A stretch of 22,366 bases of DNA from a virus (Duplodnaviria > Heunggongvirae > Uroviricota > Caudoviricetes): the IMG/VR virus record IMGVR_UViG_2861079508_000002, one strand, 5' to 3'. Made by a program: the position numbers and the translations under genes. Below are positions 8,457-17,258 of the stretch, one piece after another. Below the pieces are notes generated by a model. That model was not told the DNA's origin. It ran no database searches and saw only the letters and a program-made list of their open reading frames with translations. Each line of letters begins with the position of its first letter. The stretch's first letter is position 1.

Positions 8457-9877
8457 TAATCACCCCATAGTGAAGAAAAGTTACTGCTGGCTGCTGGCTG
8501 TGATACCTGCTCAGATTGCGGCAATGTCTGCGACGAAGAAGAAGTTCCTCTGTCAACTGCTAAAATAACCCGCAAAGCATCATAAGCTCGACCAGAAGCA
8601 GCTTTCAGCGAATTGAACTGGTTTTCCATCTTCCGGCGCTTGGTATCAATGGTTTTTGTGGAGTCGCCAGGCTGAGGGAAATACATTTGATAATATTTTG
8701 ACATTTCAGCAGGTACGATAGCTGCCCCTGTTTCCTGACGGAGTATTGCCATTATTGCGTCATTAGCATTAACAACGTATTGCTGCTCTGTTGGGCTGAG
8801 CGTTAAGTTAGCCAGCGTCCCATTACCCAAAGCATTATTAATGACCGCCACTCGCTGTGGGCTAAGCTGGTCTTTCAGTGTATCTATTGAATCAAGAGCA
8901 TCCCTAACCCTGTATGCAAATCCAGCAGCTTTTTTAGCCCCTTCTGGCGACTTTTCCATGATCTTTTGGGCTGTTGGCAAAGCTATTGGACGAAATCCAT
9001 CTCCAGATATTGGCTGGTTTAGTTTTCCCTGCTCTTCACTTCCGTCTGTGTAGTATTTTGTGACAGTGCCATCATCGTTTTCTCTAACACTCATTAATTT
9101 TTTGGCGTTTGTATTAATTCCAGCCGCTGCCGCAAATGCCGCCGCCCCCTCTGGATCCGCCTTTAACATTTGAGCGTACTGATTGTAATTCTGCATTGCT
9201 GCTGTTGGTGCATATGCTGACGTTAACGCATTTGCTCGGCTAATATCCTGCCCTCTCGCCTGAAGTGCTTCGCCAGCCTGATTGCTGCGGATTGTCTCTG
9301 CCAACTTGCCACGCTCAATATCCCGACCTTCCATTTGATCTTTGATATCGAAATACTTCTCATGACCGAGAGAAAACAGTGCCATACTACCAGCAAGCCG
9401 CTGGAACCCCTGTGGATCATTAACATGCATTTCGGCAACAGACTCAGGAGAAATTCCCAAGCGACGCATTTCATCTTCGTTATCTGCTATGAATTTTCCA
9501 AATGCCCCAGTTCCGAGCGAAGATGCGATTTGAGCACTAGTCGCAAGATGACCAATAGAATTTCTCTGGTCGTCATCAATAAAGCCCATCCCTTTCTGAA
9601 CGCTTTCAAATTCTTCTGGATACTCAGAAATAAGACTGCGCATTTTGTTTCTGTCTCCAGACTCAAAAGCCCCGGCATATGCTTTCTGAAACTCTGCTTT
9701 ACGCTGTTGTTGACGTGCCTGCTGATTAATCTCAGCAACGCCTCTTAGCCCCTGTAGCGCCATTAAACCTACGTTTGGCTGCTGCTGATACTGCACAGGC
9801 TGAGGAACGGAAGAACGAGGAGCATTATCATTTTGCGGTGCCATGCTAGGCAGCCCGCCAAGTTGCCATGTCGCCAT
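8456..9877 (-). CDS. 473-aa protein, candidate P22 gp20-like ejection protein
   Basis: Translationally coupled at both ends (TAATG). Size matches P22 gp20 (471 aa, from memory); Gln/Ala-rich. No profile search done. Confidence 0.5.
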   Translation of the reverse strand: MATWQLGGLPSMAPQNDNAPRSSVPQPVQYQQQPNVGLMALQGLRGVAEINQQARQQQRKAEFQKAYAGAFESGDRNKMRSLISEYPEEFESVQKGMGFIDDDQRNSIGHLATSAQIASSLGTGAFGKFIADNEDEMRRLGISPESVAEMHVNDPQGFQRLAGSMALFSLGHEKYFDIKDQMEGRDIERGKLAETIRSNQAGEALQARGQDISRANALTSAYAPTAAMQNYNQYAQMLKADPEGAAAFAAAAGINTNAKKLMSVRENDDGTVTKYYTDGSEEQGKLNQPISGDGFRPIALPTAQKIMEKSPEGAKKAAGFAYRVRDALDSIDTLKDQLSPQRVAVINNALGNGTLANLTLSPTEQQYVVNANDAIMAILRQETGAAIVPAEMSKYYQMYFPQPGDSTKTIDTKRRKMENQFNSLKAASGRAYDALRVILAVDRGTSSSSQTLPQSEQVSQPAASSNFSSLWGD

Positions 9878-10554
9878 TAGAATCCAAGCCCCCCAACAAG
9901 ACCAATAAGCCCACCACCAATAGCGCCGGCCGCAGTTCCTATTCCAGGAACAACGGAACCAAGTTGCGCACCCGCTAAAGCGCCTGATGCTGCCCCACCA
10001 ATACCACGCGCAAGACTGGATGGCTGCTGCGCCTGACCTGCACGAATAGCGCCAAGCCCCTGCAAGAGTTGTCCGGTATTATTGGCGTAGTTTTGCCCTG
10101 CCGTTGCCTGCCCTGATGCCGCATTCATCCCGACATTTAGCAGGTTTCCATAATTTTGCATTTGCCCACTAAGCCAATTGTTATAAAGCATGGGCGCAAT
10201 GGAAGATAACTGGTTACTGGTAGCTGTTGAGCCAAGCCCCCCGGTAGCTTCTGCTGAGACAAGGTTCTGATAACGGGCCTGATCTGCCTGTGTTTTATAT
10301 AAACCAGAACCAAAGAAATCATTCGCGGCTTTATTCTGCCCTTCCAGAGTCATCAGTCCTTGTAGTTGTTGTAAAGCAGGCAATCCGACTTCTGCATACG
10401 GCTTGAGATTATTCATCACCGTATTCCACTGCTCGCGCTGCAAATCAATTGCCTGCTGCTGGGCCTTCGCCTGAGCTTTAGAGGCACCACCATCACCGCC
10501 TTTTTCGTATACGGCACGATTGAGATGTTTATGAGCTATATGGGTAATTAACAT
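9877..10554 (-). CDS. 225-aa Gly/Ala/Gln-rich protein with glycine-zipper-like C-terminus, candidate P22 gp7-like ejection protein
   Basis: Start overlaps the upstream stop (ATGTTAA). N-terminal YEKGGDGGASK and C-terminal GIGGAASGALAGAQLGSVVPGIGTAAGAIGGGLIGLVGGLGF; size close to P22 gp7 (229 aa, recalled). Confidence 0.5.
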   Translation of the reverse strand: MLITHIAHKHLNRAVYEKGGDGGASKAQAKAQQQAIDLQREQWNTVMNNLKPYAEVGLPALQQLQGLMTLEGQNKAANDFFGSGLYKTQADQARYQNLVSAEATGGLGSTATSNQLSSIAPMLYNNWLSGQMQNYGNLLNVGMNAASGQATAGQNYANNTGQLLQGLGAIRAGQAQQPSSLARGIGGAASGALAGAQLGSVVPGIGTAAGAIGGGLIGLVGGLGF

Positions 10555-11009
10555 TCGCTGAATTCCTTATATTGTTGCCGAGTTAACTGATAAAGCGTTA
10601 CGCCGACGGGTTTACCACATCTGATATAAGCATCATCAAGGTGACCAACACGGGTAGCGCCAAGCAAACGGATAATTGCCCGTCCGTATTTCGTGGTGTC
10701 AGGAACCATGGTAATGCTGTTAAGGAATGGTGAGTTTTCGAGAAGCCATTTGCAGAATAATCGATGCCCTTGCAGTGCATATTCACCACGGAATCCGGGG
10801 TCGTACACCGCATGGCATTCAACAACGCTATGCCAGAAGTTACGCACTTCATGAACGCCAGCCAGCACCAATCCTTCGTAGATGCCGAGATATACCGCAT
10901 CAGGCTTGATGTAGTACGTGTGCCCCGGCTCAACAATATTTTCGGTATTGGCAGGCTCGTTAAGAAAGGCCTGTAATCGCACCGGGTTATCAATAAATTT
11001 TAGTTCCAT
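10548..11009 (-). CDS. 153-aa protein, first large gene of the operon (P22 gene-14 position)
   Basis: ATG at 11007-11009 with GGATGG about 10 nt upstream; stop overlaps the next start. Assignment by synteny only. Confidence 0.45.
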   Translation of the reverse strand: MELKFIDNPVRLQAFLNEPANTENIVEPGHTYYIKPDAVYLGIYEGLVLAGVHEVRNFWHSVVECHAVYDPGFRGEYALQGHRLFCKWLLENSPFLNSITMVPDTTKYGRAIIRLLGATRVGHLDDAYIRCGKPVGVTLYQLTRQQYKEFSEC

Positions 11010-11026
11010 GCGGTGCCATCCATTTT

Positions 11027-11188
11027 CACATACAGCCTGCCAGCGCCTTATCTATTAACCCTCGTGCAATTTCATGCAGAGTTGGCGCTACTCCAATTCC
11101 TGATTTTTTACGCTGCTCTTCCTGAATTTTCTTTATCGCTTCCATTTGCTTCTCACTTATCAATACCGGCTTTACTGAAATAGCCATA
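11027..11188 (-). CDS. 53-aa small protein, possible RHH/Arc-type regulator (below the ORF-track size cutoff)
   Basis: My own translation MAISVKPVLISEKQMEAIKKIQEEQRKKSGIGVAPTLHEIARGLIDKALAGCM; GGGGG SD 4-5 nt upstream of the ATG; TGA lies 16 nt before the next ATG. Minus-strand TATAAT at 11221-11226. Confidence 0.35.
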
Positions 11189-11280
11189 ACGCCCCCTTAG
11201 AACTGTATAAAACAACAGTTATTATAGTTTCACAAATCGCAATATTCATCATCGTAATTGCAAAATATGAAACAAATAGC

Positions 11281-11315
11281 ACAAAAAAATGCCACCGCTC
11301 AGTAGCTGGTGGCAT
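11281..11315 (-). terminator. Rho-independent terminator (8-bp stem ATGCCACC/GGTGGCAT, 11-nt loop, T6-7 run on the minus strand)
   Basis: Plus strand AAAAAAATGCCACCGCTCAGTAGCTGGTGGCAT; hairpin then T-run when read on the minus strand. Separates the primase island from the ejection-like operon promoter. Confidence 0.55.
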
Positions 11316-11681
11316 CGTTCTGTGTGTCAGGTTTTGACAGGTTTTTTATGGACTCTAAAAACTATATTTATGGTATCGCATTACTCTTCACGGCAGGCGC
11401 TTTTCAGTTCTGCCCTTGCTTCTGGCTCCATTGGTAATTTGATTCGCGATCAGCTATGCGGATGGTTTGCTGAACAGGCATAACAACATCTCAGAGGCTA
11501 TTTTTTGAACTACGAAAATTTCGTAGGTCTCTCCTTCAAAAACGTCACGCCCTTGTACACTGGATTTTACAAAAGTCTCGTAAAACTCTTTCCTGTTCTG
11601 GGCTATGTGCCAAACCGCAGCGAATACCTCCGTCTGCCAGATGAGCAAAACATACCTTATAAAGAAAATCGCTGTTTTTGC

Positions 11682-11786
11682 TGTACCACCTGTACCACCA
11701 TGTCACAAACCCTTGTGTGGCGCGGCCTGTAGGTGGTACAGGTGGGTAAAAATGACCTCTCCCCACCTGTACAGACCTGTACCATT
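11682..11786. repeat. iteron-like cluster B: direct and inverted copies of core GGTGGTACAGGT
   Basis: ACCTGTACCACC at 11688-11699 (partial TGTACCACC at 11682-11690), GGTGGTACAGGT at 11732-11743, partial inverted copies near 11765-11772 and 11776-11785. Immediately after the stop of gene 11790..12527. Confidence 0.6.
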
Positions 11787-11789
11787 TAT

Positions 11790-12527
11790 TTAATTTTTAC
11801 CCATAGCAGCACATAATCCCTTTTTTGAAATATTGAAAAATGCGTTCATTCTTCCCGCTGGCTTAACCTTGTAGCCGCTTGCCACCATCGCCGCAATAAA
11901 TGCTCCGTTGGGGATATAGTGCGGGTGATCACTGTGCTGGTGGTTTATCTGGTTATATCGCTCCACTTCATGCTTCAACGTGTCAGATGTGGGGTTATCC
12001 TGCGGGAAGCTCTCAATCTGGGCATTACTCATCCCGTTGTCTCTGATCCATCTCAGGCAGCTTTTCGCCGATACGATAAATGACGGGTTATCAAGCGGGT
12101 TTTCCCAGTCCGCATTCCGGTTGTGGAGCGCCAGTCCGTCAAGGTTAAATTGTGGGTATTCAGCGGTAATTACTGTCACTGCGTGGCGGATTTCAGTCTC
12201 GTCACAACATGGCTCATCTCCCACACCAGCAGGGTAATAATCTGAACCACCGGGACTGATACAGCGTTTACCACTGAAAGGCCATTGCTTCGCCATTTCG
12301 GGTGTTGAGTGATTACCGTCGCTCCGTTCGCGCTGTGCCTCTGTCCACTGGCTGGCATATTCAGTAAATGAAACCCTTTGCCCCTGGCGCATCCAGTGCG
12401 CAATCATAATTAAAGTGCGTTCCAGACTTTGGATGTCGCCAGCATTCCCGCACTGTGTAGCGAAACTTTTTAATTCTTCGCGCTCCGTTCTGGTCATTCC
12501 CTGCGGTATGCAATAGTTATTGTTCAT
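11790..12527 (-). CDS. 245-aa hypothetical protein (Cys/His-containing)
   Basis: ORF-track ORF; ATGA overlap with the upstream 78-aa gene; bracketed by iteron clusters. No recognisable motif by eye. Confidence 0.55.
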   Translation of the reverse strand: MNNNYCIPQGMTRTEREELKSFATQCGNAGDIQSLERTLIMIAHWMRQGQRVSFTEYASQWTEAQRERSDGNHSTPEMAKQWPFSGKRCISPGGSDYYPAGVGDEPCCDETEIRHAVTVITAEYPQFNLDGLALHNRNADWENPLDNPSFIVSAKSCLRWIRDNGMSNAQIESFPQDNPTSDTLKHEVERYNQINHQHSDHPHYIPNGAFIAAMVASGYKVKPAGRMNAFFNISKKGLCAAMGKN

Positions 12528-12760
12528 GTTTTACCTCTCTGTTTTACCTCTCTGATTTCTGCTGCCATATCTGTTGGCTCTATACAGCCGTCCCGACTTG
12601 CCACGCAGGGAATAATGATTTCAACGGTATCGCCGTCAATACACATTTCAACATTCGCCCATGCCGCAATGGGTAGCCAGTCTGAACGCCCCTCAAACCG
12701 TAGCTGCCAGCCAGAGGAAGAAGCTAACTGGCGCACTTTGTAAAATGGTGTGCTCATCAT
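12524..12760 (-). CDS. 78-aa hypothetical protein
   Basis: ATG-ATG start at 12755-12760; coupled to the 245-aa gene. The intergenic region upstream holds iteron cluster A. Confidence 0.5.
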   Translation of the reverse strand: MMSTPFYKVRQLASSSGWQLRFEGRSDWLPIAAWANVEMCIDGDTVEIIIPCVASRDGCIEPTDMAAEIREVKQRGKT

Positions 12761-12801
12761 TGGTTGTTCCCTCTCAGCCAGCCAGAAGAAATGCGTTTGT
12801 T

Positions 12802-12907
12802 AATGGTATAGGTGGTACAGGTCTGGTATAGGTAAGATATTGACCTGTACCACTATAACGCACTGTTTTTAATACTGAATTAGCAAAATGGTATAGGTGG
12901 TACAGGT
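12802..12907. repeat. iteron-like cluster A: exact 21-mer AATGGTATAGGTGGTACAGGT twice plus an inverted copy between
   Basis: 21-mer at 12802-12822 and 12887-12907; partial copy 12825-12834; inverted ACCTGTACCACTATA at 12843-12857. Between the primase stop (12937) and gene start (12760). Confidence 0.65.
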
Positions 12908-12936
12908 AAAAACGTTCTTCTTGTAAAAAGACTATA

Positions 12937-15291
12937 TTAAAAAACATCATAACCCCCCATACCGATCAGACGTGCAAACGCAGCCTGTAGAACTCCGACC
13001 TCTGGTAGTTCGTAGAACACGCCATTCCCACGGTCTGGTCTTCCATGCTTCACCAGTCCCATTTGTGCAAGTGATTTACCCAGTAGTGATCTGGCTGCTG
13101 GTTCTTTAAGCTTTTCCCCACGCTCAAGCGACCACGCTACAAATCGACTAACCATATCCTTTGCAAACAAACGGACTTCGCCATTAAACGGAGGTTCATT
13201 GATTAGCTCGCCATAAAGAAACAATTCAACGCCAGACAGCCCCAGCAAGATTTCTTCACGTAAGGCATCGGTCTGTGGCGCTCGTTGAGGGTCAAAACCT
13301 GAGAGATCCACCCCTTTAAGATGCCAAAGCAACTTTGCGGCACCGCCATCATTAAGCCAACTGTACAGCCGATCAAAATACTCCCGGCTCTGTGCTTTTT
13401 CAGGAGATGGCTCAAGCACGAGATAGCGGCGCTCTCTTATCCCTGCCTGTAATACCTGTGTGCTGTTACTGGCAAATATCAACCGGGCAAAATTCGGCAT
13501 TGGTTCAGCATCAATTCCCTTGCGCTCAAGGTTAAACGTCGGTTCGCTAATAATCGCTTTAAGTCTGTCAGCTTCAGACGGCTTGTGGATCGTCACTTCG
13601 TCAGCAAATACCAGTAGCTTGTTAGCAAGTATTGAATTGAAGCGCCCTGAAATATGTCCCGCCCCGTTAATGTGGGCGGCGTACTGCCCCAGTATTTGCA
13701 GCAGCGGTTTAACCGTTGTGCCTTTCCCTGTGCCCGGGACAGATTTCATCACGATTGCCACGGACGGTTTTTCATCAGGCTTTTGGATAATGTGCGCCAT
13801 CCACTGGATAAGATATTGGTATGCCTCTTCATTACCGGCACAGACAACCTGCAACAGGTGATTAAGGTATACCGTGCAATCTCCTTCAATTGGTTCCAGT
13901 GCCAGCCCCTCATACAGATTAAAAACATCGTCAGGGCATTTGTCTGGTACTGGATAAAATCCTACGCCTCCTGGCTTGTAGTTCTTCCCACTCCATGACA
14001 GCCACGCCGATCCCGCCAGCTTTCTGGCGACTCTCGGTTTATGATGAAAATAATGCTGAAATTGTGATAAATCCTCGAAAACGTGCGATACACCGCCGGT
14101 TTGAGAAGGCTTTAGCGACACCACCTTGTGTTTCCCGCCGATGGTGACATGCGTAAACGTCCGGTTGATTTCTTCGAGGACAGCAATTTCATCATCGCTT
14201 AACACCTCGCCAGAACTGATCTCATTCAGCGCCCCGACTGACTGTTTGTGATTTTTCACCTGCGCCCCTTTCCCCCGTGGCTGGTACATCGAATCTTTAA
14301 ATGCTGCTGTGGCTGCCGCCAGCCCGTGTTGTTGGTGATAGTCGTTCCAGTCGGCTTTATAGTCAGTCGGTGGCAGAGACACCCAGCCAGCTACGGAAAT
14401 AGCGGCCCTCTCTGCGGCATCTTTCCCCGTGTTGATCCCTCCACTTTCGGAGTTTCCTTGCTGGTGATCGTTATCTGCGGCAATGATGATTTGTGCCTGT
14501 GGATATGTTCTGCGCATGACTTCCGCTACTGGCAACAGGTTGCCAGCGTCGATTGCTGCCACTGTCATTGCGTCAGGGCGAATTAAATGGCACGACAGGG
14601 CGGTAGCCACCCCCTCAGCAATTATGATGCTGTGAGGTCGTTTCTGTGCGTTTATGGCGTGATATGCCCCCCGCTTTGCTGAACCTGTCAGGAGTCTTTT
14701 TTCACCATGTGAGGTAATTGTCTGTGCTGCTGTGACTGCGCCGGATTTATCCACCAGCGCCAGCAACAGAGATCCATCGGGCAACACGGGGAATGTAAAA
14801 TCACCTACCCCTTTCGCAACCAGATAATCAGATTTGCCGTTTACAGCCTTTCTGCGCATGTCATCAAACTGACGGGAAAACGTATCCCGTCTTTGTTGTT
14901 CGTCCTTCTCTGCCCTTTTCAGGCGCTCCTGTTCGCGTCGCTGGCGCTCGGTTTCCAGTTGTTCCCGTTTCTGGCTGGTGGCTTCTGGTGTTTCCGTTGT
15001 CCGGTAATCAATACCCAGAACATCAGCGGCAAGCAGCGCCGCCTCTGTTGTGTCGCAGTTATTTACGCGTTTAATTAAATCCAGCCCATCACCAGCGCCG
15101 CACTGATTACAGATGAAGCTACCGCGCCCGTTGTCATCGAACCGGAATCGATCTTTGCCCCCACATGCAGGGCAGGGAGCATGACGGCGCGGAGAGTCAG
15201 GGACATTTATGTTCAGGCAGCCCAGCACATGAGGCCAGTTGTTTTCAGACGCACTGATAACCTGACGGATAAGATCAATGTTTCGCATCAC
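12937..15291 (-). CDS. P4 alpha-type primase-helicase (784 aa)
   Basis: N-terminal Zn-ribbon CPACGGKDRFRFDD...CNQCGAGDG; central toprim-like region; C-terminal Walker A VPGTGKGTT. Architecture typical of P4 alpha / PICI Pri-Rep proteins. GTG start at 15291, ATG one codon later. Confidence 0.9.
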   Translation of the reverse strand: MMRNIDLIRQVISASENNWPHVLGCLNINVPDSPRRHAPCPACGGKDRFRFDDNGRGSFICNQCGAGDGLDLIKRVNNCDTTEAALLAADVLGIDYRTTETPEATSQKREQLETERQRREQERLKRAEKDEQQRRDTFSRQFDDMRRKAVNGKSDYLVAKGVGDFTFPVLPDGSLLLALVDKSGAVTAAQTITSHGEKRLLTGSAKRGAYHAINAQKRPHSIIIAEGVATALSCHLIRPDAMTVAAIDAGNLLPVAEVMRRTYPQAQIIIAADNDHQQGNSESGGINTGKDAAERAAISVAGWVSLPPTDYKADWNDYHQQHGLAAATAAFKDSMYQPRGKGAQVKNHKQSVGALNEISSGEVLSDDEIAVLEEINRTFTHVTIGGKHKVVSLKPSQTGGVSHVFEDLSQFQHYFHHKPRVARKLAGSAWLSWSGKNYKPGGVGFYPVPDKCPDDVFNLYEGLALEPIEGDCTVYLNHLLQVVCAGNEEAYQYLIQWMAHIIQKPDEKPSVAIVMKSVPGTGKGTTVKPLLQILGQYAAHINGAGHISGRFNSILANKLLVFADEVTIHKPSEADRLKAIISEPTFNLERKGIDAEPMPNFARLIFASNSTQVLQAGIRERRYLVLEPSPEKAQSREYFDRLYSWLNDGGAAKLLWHLKGVDLSGFDPQRAPQTDALREEILLGLSGVELFLYGELINEPPFNGEVRLFAKDMVSRFVAWSLERGEKLKEPAARSLLGKSLAQMGLVKHGRPDRGNGVFYELPEVGVLQAAFARLIGMGGYDVF

Positions 15292-15646
15292 CGTACCCCA
15301 CGTGGTCTATAGCGTTTGCGATATGGCTAACCAGCATCTGCCACTTGGTTATTCCGTAATCAGTCAGCATGCCATCATTGTTTAGCCACATATCAAATTC
15401 AGCGGTTGTCGCAAGTTTCCACTTATCGCCGTGGACAGTCCTCATTGCTGGGTACATGAATGCGCAAATCAGATCACAAACATCTGACGGCTTCAGAGAT
15501 GTAGTAATGGTGCGTCCCTCTGGCGTCTGAATTGCCATTTTCTCTTCACCAGTAGAATGAAGGTTATGAATCCACACAGCACCAGCAATCTTTGCCACCT
15601 GCTCTCCGATTGCGGAGCTAAGCGCCATTTCTGCATTTTCACGCAT
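15275..15646 (-). CDS. 123-aa hypothetical protein
   Basis: ATG with GGGAGG upstream; overlaps the primase start by 17 nt. Confidence 0.5.
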   Translation of the reverse strand: MRENAEMALSSAIGEQVAKIAGAVWIHNLHSTGEEKMAIQTPEGRTITTSLKPSDVCDLICAFMYPAMRTVHGDKWKLATTAEFDMWLNNDGMLTDYGITKWQMLVSHIANAIDHVGYGDAKH

Positions 15647-15980
15647 GAGAACCTCCCGCTACAGTTGCGCCCATGTCATTAACCATGCTTTGCCATATCT
15701 CACGCCCGACGTCAGTCAATCCGTCCTTAGTGACGCAACGCTCAATAAGCTCGATCCCCACGGTTTCCCACTGCGGGTAGAACACTTTCATGGCTGCCAG
15801 TGTGTAGCTATCGATCAGGCTGCGAACGCCTTTTACTCCATTGACGATTTCCACACGTACGGCCTCGCCGTCCGCATCAACCATGAAATAGTCCCCTCCG
15901 CTGGTGGAGGTAATGTGGTTATACAGTGCCGACGCATACTTATTTGCCAGCGCATTCAGTCGGAAATTTTTAGTAATCAT
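15639..15980 (-). CDS. 113-aa hypothetical protein
   Basis: ATG at 15978-15980 with GAGGA 7 nt upstream; stop overlaps the next gene start. Confidence 0.5.
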   Translation of the reverse strand: MITKNFRLNALANKYASALYNHITSTSGGDYFMVDADGEAVRVEIVNGVKGVRSLIDSYTLAAMKVFYPQWETVGIELIERCVTKDGLTDVGREIWQSMVNDMGATVAGGSHA

Positions 15981-15990
15981 GGTTCCATCC

Positions 15991-16593
15991 TCAGTGCGTC
16001 ACTGGTTCCGATGGCATGCCGTTTTCATTCAGTTCAGCTATAAAGCTGTTGTGAAGTTCAGCAAGCGTTTCACGACCAAATGGAGTCAGTGCTCCTTGTT
16101 CCACATCCATCATGGCTCTGTAGAAAATGATGGAGCGTTCTGTGCCAGACTCGATGCCAAAACGTTCTATCATCGCGCCCTCAATGTTGTTTGCCATAGC
16201 GAGGCGCTCTGCTACTGGATACAGCGGCATGGCAACGATGCCGTTGGAATAAACAGCCACTTCGGAAGGATTGCCAGTATCATCAATGATGCTGACAGTG
16301 CCGTTTTCCTCTCTCATTTCCAGCATGAATACTGTTGCGATCAGCCATCTCCACATAATGACGTTATGCTGTGATGTGTAATCGAAATATCCCTGGTTGC
16401 CGCCATCGGCTATAGCGAGATGTATTGACATACCTTCATCTGGTTTATCGTCATAATCCCCGGCATCCAGACGATTTACGGCATCAATATATGAGACGGC
16501 CTCAACGCGTTCTGTCATGCCATCGTTGCTGCGGCACATGATGTTTACGCCGTCAGGCGTTGCTTCTGCATGGAAAGTTAAGAAATTATTCAT
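15991..16593 (-). CDS. 200-aa hypothetical protein (preferred ATG at 16593; ORF track extends to 16698)
   Basis: The ATG at 16591-16593 forms an ATGAATAA overlap with the stop of the upstream ORF; the longer track version would overlap that ORF by about 110 nt. Confidence 0.5.
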   Translation of the reverse strand: MNNFLTFHAEATPDGVNIMCRSNDGMTERVEAVSYIDAVNRLDAGDYDDKPDEGMSIHLAIADGGNQGYFDYTSQHNVIMWRWLIATVFMLEMREENGTVSIIDDTGNPSEVAVYSNGIVAMPLYPVAERLAMANNIEGAMIERFGIESGTERSIIFYRAMMDVEQGALTPFGRETLAELHNSFIAELNENGMPSEPVTH

Positions 16594-16807
16594 GTTTCGC
16601 CTCGCCTGAATGATTCTGTAACTCATATTTGCCCAACAATTCGTCCGCTTCCTGAATAGCTTCTGGTACGCCATTGAGCAGTGACATAACCGCGCCAATC
16701 ATTAACTTGTCTCTGTTGCTTGGGCTGGCCCCTTCAAGCCAGAACCCTAAAACAGTCTGAACCTGTTCAATGCGACATTGCGCTTCAATGAGCTGGATGT
16801 TGGTCAT
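16586..16807 (-). CDS. 73-aa hypothetical protein
   Basis: ORF-track ORF, coupled to neighbours by overlapping stop/start. Confidence 0.45.
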   Translation of the reverse strand: MTNIQLIEAQCRIEQVQTVLGFWLEGASPSNRDKLMIGAVMSLLNGVPEAIQEADELLGKYELQNHSGEAKHE

Positions 16808-17067
16808 TTCGCACTCTCCACATCGATTAAACTGATATCTATCAGGGAGGTAACTTTTTGTAGCCAGCTATTGATTACTGTCGCCTGTTCCCCTCCCACC
16901 GAGGGAATAATCTCATTCATCACATGAACCAGACCTGTGCGCGCTCTGGTAAGCCGTTCAGTCGCGCAATCTGCGGGAGTGAATGTGTCTGGATATGGCT
17001 CTTCGCGCCCCAGCAATGATTCAATTTCCAGCTCACACGGATGACGATAAATTAAGTTGATATTCAT
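16804..17067 (-). CDS. 87-aa hypothetical protein
   Basis: ORF-track ORF, ATGA-type overlaps at both ends. Confidence 0.45.
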   Translation of the reverse strand: MNINLIYRHPCELEIESLLGREEPYPDTFTPADCATERLTRARTGLVHVMNEIIPSVGGEQATVINSWLQKVTSLIDISLIDVESAK

Positions 17068-17258
17068 TTTTCACCACCAAGAATTACCAGCTCTGCACGG
17101 GCATCGTTAACCAAAGATGAGCACGCTTTAATCGCATCCACGACATCAGCAGCGTCCATTTCTTCAGCCGAAAGACTGACAGCAACCAGGACAGCCGCTG
17201 CTTGCTCGATTAATTGAAGTGCGGACGTAAGGCGAGGGGTATTAATTGAGTTATTCAT
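17064..17258 (-). CDS. 64-aa hypothetical protein (preferred ATG at 17258; track start 17315 is GTG)
   Basis: ATG at 17256-17258 has GGGGG about 7 nt upstream and forms an ATGAATAA overlap with the upstream stop. Confidence 0.45.
   Translation of the reverse strand: MNNSINTPRLTSALQLIEQAAAVLVAVSLSAEEMDAADVVDAIKACSSLVNDARAELVILGGEK

Noticed and set aside
8651-8665. Exact 15-mer GGTTTTTGTGGAGTC shared between 8651-8665 and 18031-18045
   Set aside because: With both strands of 22 kb, about one exact 15-mer coincidence is expected by chance. Both copies encode DSTKT in their minus-strand frames and flanking sequence shows no extended similarity.
11346-11435. 29-codon hydrophobic ORF (MDSKNYIYGIALLFTAGAFQFCPCFWLHW) as a possible type I toxin
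   Set aside because: No Shine-Dalgarno sequence (T-run immediately upstream) and no obvious antisense partner; the ATG is part of the repeated 22-nt motif.
13460-13998. Plus-strand ORFs inside the primase gene (13460-13861, 13654-13998), with similar antisense ORFs inside the integrase and ejection-like genes
   Set aside because: They are fully embedded antisense to long, well-supported genes, lack SD sequences and have non-protein-like composition; typical shadow ORFs.
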